Positions 9,621 through 17,949 of a stretch of 64,000 nt of DNA are shown here, piece after piece. A model generated the notes under the pieces. That model was not told where the DNA came from. It ran no database searches and saw only the letters and a list, made by a program, of their open reading frames with translations. The DNA lies in assembly GCA_965116875.1 (NCBI GenBank), contig OZ220733.1, forward strand, positions 352,001 through 416,000, in the 5' to 3' direction. Source of the stretch: Candidatus Latescibacterota bacterium (GTDB lineage: Bacteria; Latescibacterota; UBA2968; GCA-2709665). How positions within the stretch are numbered: position 1 is the first letter of the stretch; each line of letters begins with the position of its first letter. Both the position numbers and the translations under genes were made by a program.

Positions 9621-10136
9621 ATGAAGCGTCTAGCCGTAATCGTTGCCGTCGTCATTCCCGTTATCGCCGTCGCGTGGGCGCTGCCGTCAGACGCGCATCG
9701 CGGAAAACGAGGCTGTGGCGCCCGGCAAGCGCCAATGGCGGCCCTTGAACTCTCAGCCGAACAACGAACGAAACTGGATGGCCTGAACCTCGAGCGGGCC
9801 AAGAAGATGGCGCAGCTGCGGGCCGACCTCAAGGTGGCCAGGCTGGATCTTCGGGCAGCCATGCGGCAGGACGACCCCGATCCTGCAGAAGTCAAAGCGC
9901 GGGTTGCCGCTGTAAACAAGGCGCGATCCCTGATTCTGGAGGGCAAGGTCAACCACAGGCTCAAGGTCAACAACGTCCTGACCCCGGAGCAGCGGAACAA
10001 GCTTCGAGAAGTGCGAAGGGATCGGTCAAAAAGAGGATGCGGCAAGACGTGGCGTAAGGGTGGCTACCGGAAGGGCTTAAAGGGGATGGGACAACCCGCT
10101 CCGGACCGGGGCGAAGGACCACCGTCTTCAATCTGA
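9621..10136 (+). CDS. Spy/CpxP family periplasmic protein
   Basis: Signal peptide; LELSAEQR and VLTPEQR motifs; AAGGAG RBS. Confidence 0.85.
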   Translation: MKRLAVIVAVVIPVIAVAWALPSDAHRGKRGCGARQAPMAALELSAEQRTKLDGLNLERAKKMAQLRADLKVARLDLRAAMRQDDPDPAEVKARVAAVNKARSLILEGKVNHRLKVNNVLTPEQRNKLREVRRDRSKRGCGKTWRKGGYRKGLKGMGQPAPDRGEGPPSSI

Positions 10137-10167
10137 GTGAACGAGCCGGGAAAGAAGGGTTTCGCAA

Positions 10168-11220
10168 ATGTCTTTTCGCAGATATGCCGTCGCGGCCGTC
10201 ATCGCTTCCGTCACACTCTTCGGGTGCGGTAACAGGATTCCCGTCGAGTCTCCAACCGGTGCCGGATCCACTGAAAGCGCATCACAGGCCTCGAAGGCAT
10301 CCACCGACGAAATCGGCTCCAAACTTGACAACGACAGTTCCAACAGGTCAGCCGACGGTCACCACAAGGGCTGGGAACGGTATCTCGCAGCGCTGACCGA
10401 CTCGCTGGGTTTAAGTGTCGATCAGGTTGAGGATCTGAATGAACTGAACGATGAATATCAGGCCGAAATCAAGGCCCTGTACGATAGCGCCAGGGCGTCG
10501 GGTAACCGGACGGGTTTAAGGGAGCGTCTTAAGGAATTGAGACGCGAGTTTGAAGACGCCTTCAACGACGTCCTCACCGAGGAGCAACAGACCAGGCTCG
10601 AGGAAATCAGGGCCAATGCCGCCGCCCGCAGGAAGGACAGAGGGTGGGAAAATTACATCGCCGCGATGACGGATTCCCTTGGCTTGAGCGATCAGCAGGT
10701 CACGGACCTAAATGAATTGTATGAAGATTACCAGGCCGACGTTAAAGCCGCCATGGACAACGCCAGGGAGTCGGGCGATCGTTCAGGACTCCGGACGGAG
10801 TTGAAGGAGTTGAGGCAGGGATTCGAAGACGGCTTCAACGACGTCCTCACGGACGAGCAACAGACCAGGCTCGAGGAGATCAAGGCCAATGCGGCCGCCC
10901 GCAGGAAGGACACGGGATGGGAAAATTACATCGCCGCACTGACAGATTCGCTGGACCTGAGCGACCAACAGGTCACCGATCTCAATGAATTACACGAAGA
11001 CTATCAGGCCGACGTGAAAGCCGCGATCGACAATGCTCGGGAATCGGACGACCGTTCGGGTCTCCGGGATAAGCTGCGAGAGCTGAAAGAGGATTTCGAC
11101 GAGGATTTCAACGCCATCCTTACGGACGAACAGAAGGAGAAGCTGGACGAAATGAAATCCGGGGGACGGAAGCGATCAGGAAAGGGCCACGGACACGGCC
11201 GTAAAGGCAGGAGCGGCTAG
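10168..11220 (+). CDS. Lipoprotein with three 91-aa Spy/CpxP-like helical repeats
   Basis: Lipobox LFGC; three units GWE.Y.AA.TDSL.LS..QV.DLNEL...FN..LT.EQ. Confidence 0.85.
   Translation: MSFRRYAVAAVIASVTLFGCGNRIPVESPTGAGSTESASQASKASTDEIGSKLDNDSSNRSADGHHKGWERYLAALTDSLGLSVDQVEDLNELNDEYQAEIKALYDSARASGNRTGLRERLKELRREFEDAFNDVLTEEQQTRLEEIRANAAARRKDRGWENYIAAMTDSLGLSDQQVTDLNELYEDYQADVKAAMDNARESGDRSGLRTELKELRQGFEDGFNDVLTDEQQTRLEEIKANAAARRKDTGWENYIAALTDSLDLSDQQVTDLNELHEDYQADVKAAIDNARESDDRSGLRDKLRELKEDFDEDFNAILTDEQKEKLDEMKSGGRKRSGKGHGHGRKGRSG
10369..11150 (+). repeat. Intragenic tandem repeat, 273 bp period, about 3 copies
   Basis: Units start at 10369, 10642 and 10915, exactly 273 bp apart. Confidence 0.9.
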
Positions 11221-11262
11221 GATCCCGGAGAGCCCCCTTCAAGATCGCTCGGTCGTCTCTCA

Positions 11263-11298
11263 GAAACCCGCCGTCGATCCTCCCCGACGGCGGGTTTC
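11263..11298. terminator. Likely bidirectional intrinsic terminator between convergent genes
   Basis: 14 bp stem gaaacccgccgtcg/cgacggcgggtttc. Confidence 0.8.
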
Positions 11299-11351
11299 AT
11301 TTGCGGAAATCGCCGCATCCGACTTCCCGATTTCCGAGACTGGTACTGCGG

Positions 11352-12326
11352 CTACCGCGCTTCGAAGAAGAATCGGATCACGTCATCCTCCCTGAGCATG
11401 GCATCGAAGAACTCCCGGTCCTCCTCGTTCAGCTCTCCAGCCGCCTGTAACACGATGCGCATATACTGCTCTCTGGTGAACGTCAGCGTCAGTCTGTCGC
11501 CGTCCACGTCAACAGAGCCTTCCAGGACCAGACCGTCTCCCTCGATGATCGTCAGCGTGTTACCCATCGCCGACCAGGAACCCGTTGCGGACCATGCGCC
11601 GGTGCTGTCCTGATCTTCAAAGGTGCCGTTGGCATGGAATCGGCGGCCCGGCGACCAGACACTGTCGCGCAAACTCGTCTCCATTTCGCCGGTGAACTCC
11701 CTGACGATGGCAGCCGCAACCGTGCTGTCAACCAGCCCCTGCTCCAGGATGGCGGCAATCAGATTCCGGCTGATCGTTTCAACCATATCCGTACCCACGT
11801 ATCCCCACGTCCCTACGATTTCCAGTGATGAGAGCGATACCGATCCTGTTACGCGCGCTTTTCCGCCTACCGGAAGTTCAACGGAAACCGCGTACCCGCC
11901 GTTGACGGGAATGCTTGACCAGGATCCAAACACGGTACCGTCCCGGACGATTCGTGCGCGGTAATAGCCGTTCACGTTGTCCGACCCGATTTCGACGCGG
12001 ACATTGCCGTTCTCGTCCGTCGAGCCCGTCCACATATAATTCGCCGGCTGCCCTGAAACGGACCTTGAAATCTCCACGGTGACACCGCTCAAAGGCGTTC
12101 CATTCCGCAGCACGGTGGCGACCACAACGGCTGGCGTCGCGTTCCCCCGAACCGCAAGTTTGCCCAACGACTGCCCTGAATTCCGTTGTCCGGAATTGAT
12201 TCGTGCTTCTTCTGCCGGCGTGTCGGCTTCGGGTACCATCGAGGTGGCAACCCGGTCGCCGCCGCAACCCGATATTGCGCATGCGACCAACGCCATCACG
12301 AACACGCTGCGAACCAGACTCAACAT
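11352..12326 (-). CDS. Lipoprotein: conserved beta-rich N-terminal module plus lipocalin-like C-terminal domain
   Basis: Lipobox AISGC; C-terminal IVGTW...FHANGTF...GSWSAMGNTLTI...VDGDRLTL pattern; N-terminal module homologous to 20341-20658. Start moved from 12542 to ATG 12326. Confidence 0.7.
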   Translation of the reverse strand: MLSLVRSVFVMALVACAISGCGGDRVATSMVPEADTPAEEARINSGQRNSGQSLGKLAVRGNATPAVVVATVLRNGTPLSGVTVEISRSVSGQPANYMWTGSTDENGNVRVEIGSDNVNGYYRARIVRDGTVFGSWSSIPVNGGYAVSVELPVGGKARVTGSVSLSSLEIVGTWGYVGTDMVETISRNLIAAILEQGLVDSTVAAAIVREFTGEMETSLRDSVWSPGRRFHANGTFEDQDSTGAWSATGSWSAMGNTLTIIEGDGLVLEGSVDVDGDRLTLTFTREQYMRIVLQAAGELNEEDREFFDAMLREDDVIRFFFEAR

Positions 12327-12775
12327 CACGGACCCCCTTTTCGAGTGTTTACGGCAAGAAACGACGGGACTCGCACTTTCGAAATGGACGACTGCTGCAG
12401 TTGGCACGACGTCTGTGACCCAACGAAAAACCGGGGCAGACCCGGCAGGGCCAGCCGTATACTTTGACTCGTGAGTTGTCGATTTGTTTCCAATCCGGTC
12501 GTTCCGGCACGAGTTGGAGCGGACACCGGGTTGAACTTGCACGTTCCGCCGATTTCGGGTGCTCTAGCAAAATCACGTATGGTTCCGCATGTAACCGCAA
12601 CCCTTGCAGATGAGCGGACGACACGTATATTGCAGGATTCCACGGTCAGAGCGCAGACCGGGTTCGGACCCTCGCGGCGTCCCGGGGACAATCTTGAAGA
12701 GCGGCGTAATTGCCGAAGGCAATGCCCGGGCGTCCATACCCCGGCGCCGGTGCACGGAAATCCCGAACAAAATAC

Positions 12776-12804
12776 TTGACATATCGAAGGAATCCTGTTA
12801 TCTA
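12776..12804 (+). promoter_or_regulatory. Possible sigma70 promoter of the signalling operon
   Basis: TTGACA, 17 bp spacer, TATCTA preceded by TG; the -10 is imperfect. Confidence 0.45.
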
Positions 12805-12887
12805 AACGTTTCGGCGCACATCCGTCAATTGTATCTTATACATGAGTATCCGAGAGGTCGGGTCACAATAAAAAAGGAGATCGGTCG

Positions 12888-13232
12888 ATGGAGGTTAACA
12901 CCGAACGGGACAACGGAACCTTAATCGCGAAGGCTGAGGGTCGCGTCGACGGGTCCAATGCTCGTGAGTTCGAGGAAGCGCTCGATTCTGCGATCACCGA
13001 GCACGAAGACGGTCAAGCGGTGATTGTGGATTTCGAAGGCCTTTCCTACATAAGCAGTGCGGGCCTTCGGGTCATCCTGCTGACCGCCAGAACACTTCGA
13101 AAACAGGACAAGGAATTCGTCGTCTGCTCGCTCTCTGATCCGATCAGGGAGGTCTTCGAGATCAGCGGATTCGACAAGATCATACCGGTTTACGCCTCCA
13201 GATCAGAAGCGCTGGCAGCCGTTGGAGGATAG
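12888..13232 (+). CDS. STAS-domain anti-sigma factor antagonist (RsbV/SpoIIAA-like)
   Basis: DFEGLSYISSAGLRVIL phospho-Ser motif; EVFEISGF; AAGGAG RBS. Confidence 0.93.
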   Translation: MEVNTERDNGTLIAKAEGRVDGSNAREFEEALDSAITEHEDGQAVIVDFEGLSYISSAGLRVILLTARTLRKQDKEFVVCSLSDPIREVFEISGFDKIIPVYASRSEALAAVGG

Positions 13233-13429
13233 TAGTGGGTTGGTCCGGGACTGCTTCACGGAAGACTCCTCGCCGCTGAGGCATCTCGGGTGGAAATGAC
13301 ACCGTAACCATATCGGGTTCACCGGAAGTGTCCATGTCGCCGTCGATTGAACAGGACGGCGTCGTGTCCTGTTGTGTTACGGTATCGGACGGTCCCGCCT
13401 GAATCTCCCGAGAAACTGAAAGGCCGACC

Positions 13430-15100
13430 ATGATCGAAGACCTGCTGCCGATCGGGTTGCTCATTGTCGTAGCCAAGCTGCTGGAGTGCCTCCTCGACCG
13501 GATTGGATTGAGTTCGATTGTCGCCTACACGGCGGCCGGAATTCTCCTCGGACCCGTCGCGGGAATCGTTGAGCCAACCAGCAAACTGCAGGTCTTCCTT
13601 GGCATAGGCGTCTTCATCCTGTTCTTCCTTGTCGGCCTCGACGAGATAGACATCCCCGGTTTTGTGTCAACCATCCGGGGACGTTTTTTTTGTGCCGCTA
13701 TCCTGTCGGTTGTGATCTCAATGGTTGCAGCCCTGGTGGTCACGTCCGATCTCTTCGGCGTGGGATTCGCCCTCGATCTCCATTTCAAAGACGCACTGGC
13801 GCTCGCTGGAATTCTGTCCATGTCAAGCCTTGGGCTTGTGGCGAAGGTACTCGCTGACAAAGGATACCTAAAGGAACCCCTCGGTCTGGAGATATTTACC
13901 ACGGTCATCATCGCCGAGATGATCACACTCCTGGTTGTGGGATTCAGCATCGGCGAACATACCATCGTTGTGAGCGACCATCTCTGGGGCGTCTTCAACG
14001 TGGTCATTCTGCTCGTGGAGGTCGCGTTATTCGCGGTGGTCGCGTGGGTTCTTTCCTCCAGGGTCATGCCTCCAACGATACTCTTTCTCAAGCGCATCTT
14101 CAACGTCCCCGAGCTGTCGTTCGGGCTGCTGATCGGCGGTCTTTTTCTGATGGTGGTCGTGGCCGAGGAAATCGGCCTTCACGGATCTCTGGGTGCCCTG
14201 CTTTTCGGCGCGGCGCTCTCGGGCCTGCCGCGCCAGGTGCACAACGACGTTATGCCGGGCATTCGAAGTGCGGGAGAGGGCCTGTTCGTTCCGCTTTTTT
14301 TTGCTTCGGCGGGCCTGCGCCTCGACTTTTCTTTTGTGTCGCTTCCACTCGCAACGATTATCGCGGTGTTGATCATTCCTTCGGTGGGCAAGTTCGCGGG
14401 AGCGCTCATCGGCGCCTACGTGGCACGACTCGACAAACCCTACGCGCAGGCGGCCGGATTGATGGCCAAGGGAGTTGCCGAGATCGCGCTCTTGCTGGTT
14501 CTGCTGGAAAACGGCGTGATCGGACAGGACGTGTTCTCGCTGATCGTACTCGCCATGTTCGGCTATATCGTGCTGATGCCGCAAGCCATTTCCACCGCGG
14601 TCAACAGAGCGCGCATGACCCACCGCCCGACGATGCCAAGCGTTGTGCCTGTGTCCTTCGCCCGTCGCGCCCTCGACGACATTACGGCCGGTCACGTGCT
14701 CGATCCCTCACGAACCTATCCGGATTCATCGCTCTCGATCAGGAGTTTTGCCGACGACTGGATTGTGCCGGACCAGCAGGATTACGTCGTGGTAGACGAG
14801 GGTGCGGTCGCGGGAGTCGTTTCGCCGGCGCGGCTGACGTCCGTCCCAATGGGATCCTGGGGGGATACACCGCTCAGCGAAGTGTTGCGCCCTGAATTGC
14901 CGCATGCAAAACCCGACGAGCCCATCGAAGACGTTCTTCAGCAGATGTCGCGGCATTCACTGTCCGTCATACCGGTACTGGACAGCGACTCCGAACGATT
15001 CCTTGGTACGATTACCAGCCACGACGTCGTCGACCTCGTCCTTCTGATGGATGAGATCGCCGACGAGCTGAAGGTGATGGAAAAGGAAAAGGCGAATTGA
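13430..15100 (+). CDS. Cation:proton antiporter (CPA2-like) with C-terminal CBS pair
   Basis: About 12 TM helices, LGALLFG, LFVPLFFASAGL and KFAG motifs; CBS motifs VVVDEGAVAGVVS and IPVLD...FLGTITSHD. Confidence 0.88.
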   Translation: MIEDLLPIGLLIVVAKLLECLLDRIGLSSIVAYTAAGILLGPVAGIVEPTSKLQVFLGIGVFILFFLVGLDEIDIPGFVSTIRGRFFCAAILSVVISMVAALVVTSDLFGVGFALDLHFKDALALAGILSMSSLGLVAKVLADKGYLKEPLGLEIFTTVIIAEMITLLVVGFSIGEHTIVVSDHLWGVFNVVILLVEVALFAVVAWVLSSRVMPPTILFLKRIFNVPELSFGLLIGGLFLMVVVAEEIGLHGSLGALLFGAALSGLPRQVHNDVMPGIRSAGEGLFVPLFFASAGLRLDFSFVSLPLATIIAVLIIPSVGKFAGALIGAYVARLDKPYAQAAGLMAKGVAEIALLLVLLENGVIGQDVFSLIVLAMFGYIVLMPQAISTAVNRARMTHRPTMPSVVPVSFARRALDDITAGHVLDPSRTYPDSSLSIRSFADDWIVPDQQDYVVVDEGAVAGVVSPARLTSVPMGSWGDTPLSEVLRPELPHAKPDEPIEDVLQQMSRHSLSVIPVLDSDSERFLGTITSHDVVDLVLLMDEIADELKVMEKEKAN

Positions 15101-15185
15101 CACTGTCGATTGTTCCGTCAACCAACGCCGGAGTGAGTCATGCTTCAATAAATGATCGAACCATCCTATCCCGGGGTATTACGAA

Positions 15186-16355
15186 ATGTCTGCGCTCCCG
15201 TACAAAATCCTTGTAGTGGACGACGAGCCCGACCTGGAACCGCTCATGCTGCAGCGTATGCGGCGTCCGATCCGGAGAGGCCGGTACACCTTCGTGTTTG
15301 CACGCAACGGTCTGGAGGCTCTCGATCGGTTGAACCAGGATGACACCATCGATATGGTACTTTCCGACATCAATATGCCCCAGATGGACGGTCTTACCCT
15401 CCTGGAGCAGATACCCAAGGTGGACCCGAATATCCGGTCCGTGATCATATCGGCGTATGGAGACATGAAAAACATCCGTATTGCCATGAATCGCGGTGCA
15501 TTCGACTTCGTCACCAAGCCCATTGATTTCTCCGACCTTCAGGTGACCATCGATCGGACCATGCGCCATCTGATCGAATGGCGCGAAGCGCTGGAATCGC
15601 GCGACAAGCTGATCGCCCTGCAAAACGAACTGGACGTGGCCAGCAAGATGCAGCAGTCGATTCTGCCCACGAGGTTCCCCGAGAATCCGGCGTATCAGGC
15701 ATTCGGAAGTATGGAACCTGCCCGCAACGTCGGCGGCGACTTCTTCGACATCATCCGGCTCGACGGCGGACGGATAGGCATCGCTATCGCCGACGTTTCC
15801 GACAAGGGCGTACCCGCGGCCCTGTTCATGATGTCCAGCAGGACCGTGCTGCGGGGTGCGGCAATCGGTACGACGAGTCCCGGCGAAGTGTTGTACGAAA
15901 TGAACAATGCGCTTTACGAAAACAACGAAGCCGCGATGTTCGTTACGGTCTTCTACGCGGTATTCGATCCCGCCAATCGTCAGTTCGTTTACGCCAATGG
16001 CGGACACAATACACCGCTCATCGTGAACAAGGACGGACAGGCCAATACGCTTCCGCTGACCGGCGGCGTCGCGCTTGCGATGTTGCCGGACATCGAATAC
16101 GGATACAACTCGGTCACGCTCGCACCCGGTGATACGGTCGTTCTATATACGGACGGCGTCACCGAAGCCATAGACGACGTCGAGGAAGAATTCGGAATGG
16201 ATCGCCTTCACAATGTCTTCAAGGACAGACCCCCGCAAGACGCCCGAGACGCCAACGACGCGGTATTCGAGGCAGTGAGGGGGTTTGTCGGCGACACGCC
16301 CCAATTCGACGACATTACATGCGTTACGTTTCGATACAGGGGGTCGGAAGCGTGA
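15186..16355 (+). CDS. Response regulator receiver fused to PP2C/SpoIIE phosphatase (RsbU/RsbY-like)
   Basis: ILVVDDE, SDINMP and FVTKP receiver motifs; VGGDFFD, ADVSDKG, YTDGVTEA and DDIT phosphatase motifs. Confidence 0.94.
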   Translation: MSALPYKILVVDDEPDLEPLMLQRMRRPIRRGRYTFVFARNGLEALDRLNQDDTIDMVLSDINMPQMDGLTLLEQIPKVDPNIRSVIISAYGDMKNIRIAMNRGAFDFVTKPIDFSDLQVTIDRTMRHLIEWREALESRDKLIALQNELDVASKMQQSILPTRFPENPAYQAFGSMEPARNVGGDFFDIIRLDGGRIGIAIADVSDKGVPAALFMMSSRTVLRGAAIGTTSPGEVLYEMNNALYENNEAAMFVTVFYAVFDPANRQFVYANGGHNTPLIVNKDGQANTLPLTGGVALAMLPDIEYGYNSVTLAPGDTVVLYTDGVTEAIDDVEEEFGMDRLHNVFKDRPPQDARDANDAVFEAVRGFVGDTPQFDDITCVTFRYRGSEA

Positions 16356-16768
16356 GCGTCAGACAGTCCTTTCGCATAAACGCCGATCTCGATGAACTGC
16401 GACGGGTCGCCGCGGCAGCCGAAGAACTGGGGCTGCAGGAAAACTGGTCGCCCGCGCTGGTTCATCAGATCGACCTTGCTATAGAAGAACTCGGCAATAA
16501 CGTCGTCCGGCACGGATTCGAAGGTGGTCCTGGTGAACTCGAGATCACATTGAACTCGGACGACGAATGGATCTCACTCGAGATCGTGGACGACGGCCGT
16601 CCGTTCAACCCCCTGGAAGACGCGCCGATACCCGACGTTGAAGCTGCGCTGGAGGACCGGCCCATCGGGGGGCTCGGAATTCACCTCGTTCTTACAATGA
16701 TGGACGAAATGCACTACAAGCGGGAAAACAAGCGAAACCACCTCACGCTGGTGAAGCGGAGGACGTAA
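16352..16768 (+). CDS. Anti-sigma factor Ser kinase (RsbW/SpoIIAB-like)
   Basis: LAIEELGNNVVRHG, DDGRPFNP and GGLGIHLV motifs; GTG start overlaps the upstream stop. Confidence 0.92.
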   Translation: MSVRQSFRINADLDELRRVAAAAEELGLQENWSPALVHQIDLAIEELGNNVVRHGFEGGPGELEITLNSDDEWISLEIVDDGRPFNPLEDAPIPDVEAALEDRPIGGLGIHLVLTMMDEMHYKRENKRNHLTLVKRRT

Positions 16769-17949
16769 TGAGATCGACCGTTCGGCACGGGGTGTCGCTG
16801 CTCGCCTTCTGGGCGGCGCTGTTGTGCAGCCTGGAAAGCAGCGAGGCCGAAAACGGTGTTTCCGGTGAGCGCATCCTCTTCGGCCAGTCCGCCGCCTTCA
16901 GTGGCCCCGCCGCGCAACTCGGAACCGACATGAAACGAGGTATAGAAGCCGCGTTTCATGAGATCAACCGTCGCGGGGGCGTCCACGGACGCCGGTTGGA
17001 GCTCATTTCCCGCGATGACGCGTACGAACCGGAGGCCGCCATATCGAACACCCTCTACCTCATCAATGAGGCCCGGGTTTTTGCGCTCATCGGCGCCGTG
17101 GGCACACCCACGTCTCGCTCAGCCACCCCGGTCGCCGCGGAAGCCGATATTCCGTACATCGCCCCGTTCACGGGCGCGGAGTTTCTTCGGGACCCGGATT
17201 GGAACATTGTGATCAACATGAGGGCGTCGTACAACCAGGAAACGGAGGAAATGGTTGCGCGCCTGACCGCGGATCTCGGCATCAAGCGAATCGCCGTCAT
17301 GTACCAGGACGACTCCTTCGGCAGGGCCGGGTACCGCGGCGCGCGGCGCGCGCTCGAACGGCGCGGAATGGAGGCCGTGGCCGTAGGGTTGTATCCGCGC
17401 AATACCACGGCAGTGAAAACGGCGCTGCTTGACCTGCGCATGGCCAACCCCGAAGCGGTGATCCTGGTCGGTGCGTACGAACCGGTCGCGACCTTTATCG
17501 CATGGGCGCGGCACATCGGCATGGACCCCGTTTTTATCACGATCTCTTTCGTGGGCAGTAACGCTCTGGCAACACAGCTCGGTCCGGCAGGAGCAGGCGT
17601 CTACGTCACACAGGTTGTACCCTTTCCAACCGAAGACTACTTCCCCGTTGCGTCAGCCTACCGCCGGGCTCTGTCTGCCTTCGATCCCGATGCTGTACCC
17701 GGTTTCGTTTCCTTCGAAGGGTATCTGGCCGGCCGCCTCGCCATAGCTGCCCTTCAGCGCTCCGGTACGGAAGTCACACGGGCGTCGTTTCTGAACAGCC
17801 TCCGCAGCAAGAAAATTGTCGATATCGACGGATTTGAACTGCGATACGGCAGCAAGGACAATCAGGGGTCGGATGCCGTGTTCCTGACGATGATCGGTCG
17901 CGACGGCAGGTACTATCCCATTGACACGCTCGAGAAAGCGGAGCCGTGA
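16768..17949 (+). CDS. Periplasmic binding protein type 1 (LivK-like family)
   Basis: Signal peptide; GQSAAFSGPAAQLG, GGVHGRRLELISRDDAYEP, GAVGTPT and YQDDSFG motifs; no permease or ATPase adjacent. Confidence 0.9.
   Translation: MRSTVRHGVSLLAFWAALLCSLESSEAENGVSGERILFGQSAAFSGPAAQLGTDMKRGIEAAFHEINRRGGVHGRRLELISRDDAYEPEAAISNTLYLINEARVFALIGAVGTPTSRSATPVAAEADIPYIAPFTGAEFLRDPDWNIVINMRASYNQETEEMVARLTADLGIKRIAVMYQDDSFGRAGYRGARRALERRGMEAVAVGLYPRNTTAVKTALLDLRMANPEAVILVGAYEPVATFIAWARHIGMDPVFITISFVGSNALATQLGPAGAGVYVTQVVPFPTEDYFPVASAYRRALSAFDPDAVPGFVSFEGYLAGRLAIAALQRSGTEVTRASFLNSLRSKKIVDIDGFELRYGSKDNQGSDAVFLTMIGRDGRYYPIDTLEKAEP

Noticed and set aside
10369-11150. Repeats as a CRISPR array or DGR template/variable pair
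   Set aside because: They are in-frame protein repeats with no spacers; no cas or reverse transcriptase gene is in the window.
12327-12542. N-terminal extension of the 396-aa ORF
   Set aside because: It precedes a clear lipoprotein signal peptide starting at 12326 and is more likely promoter/UTR.
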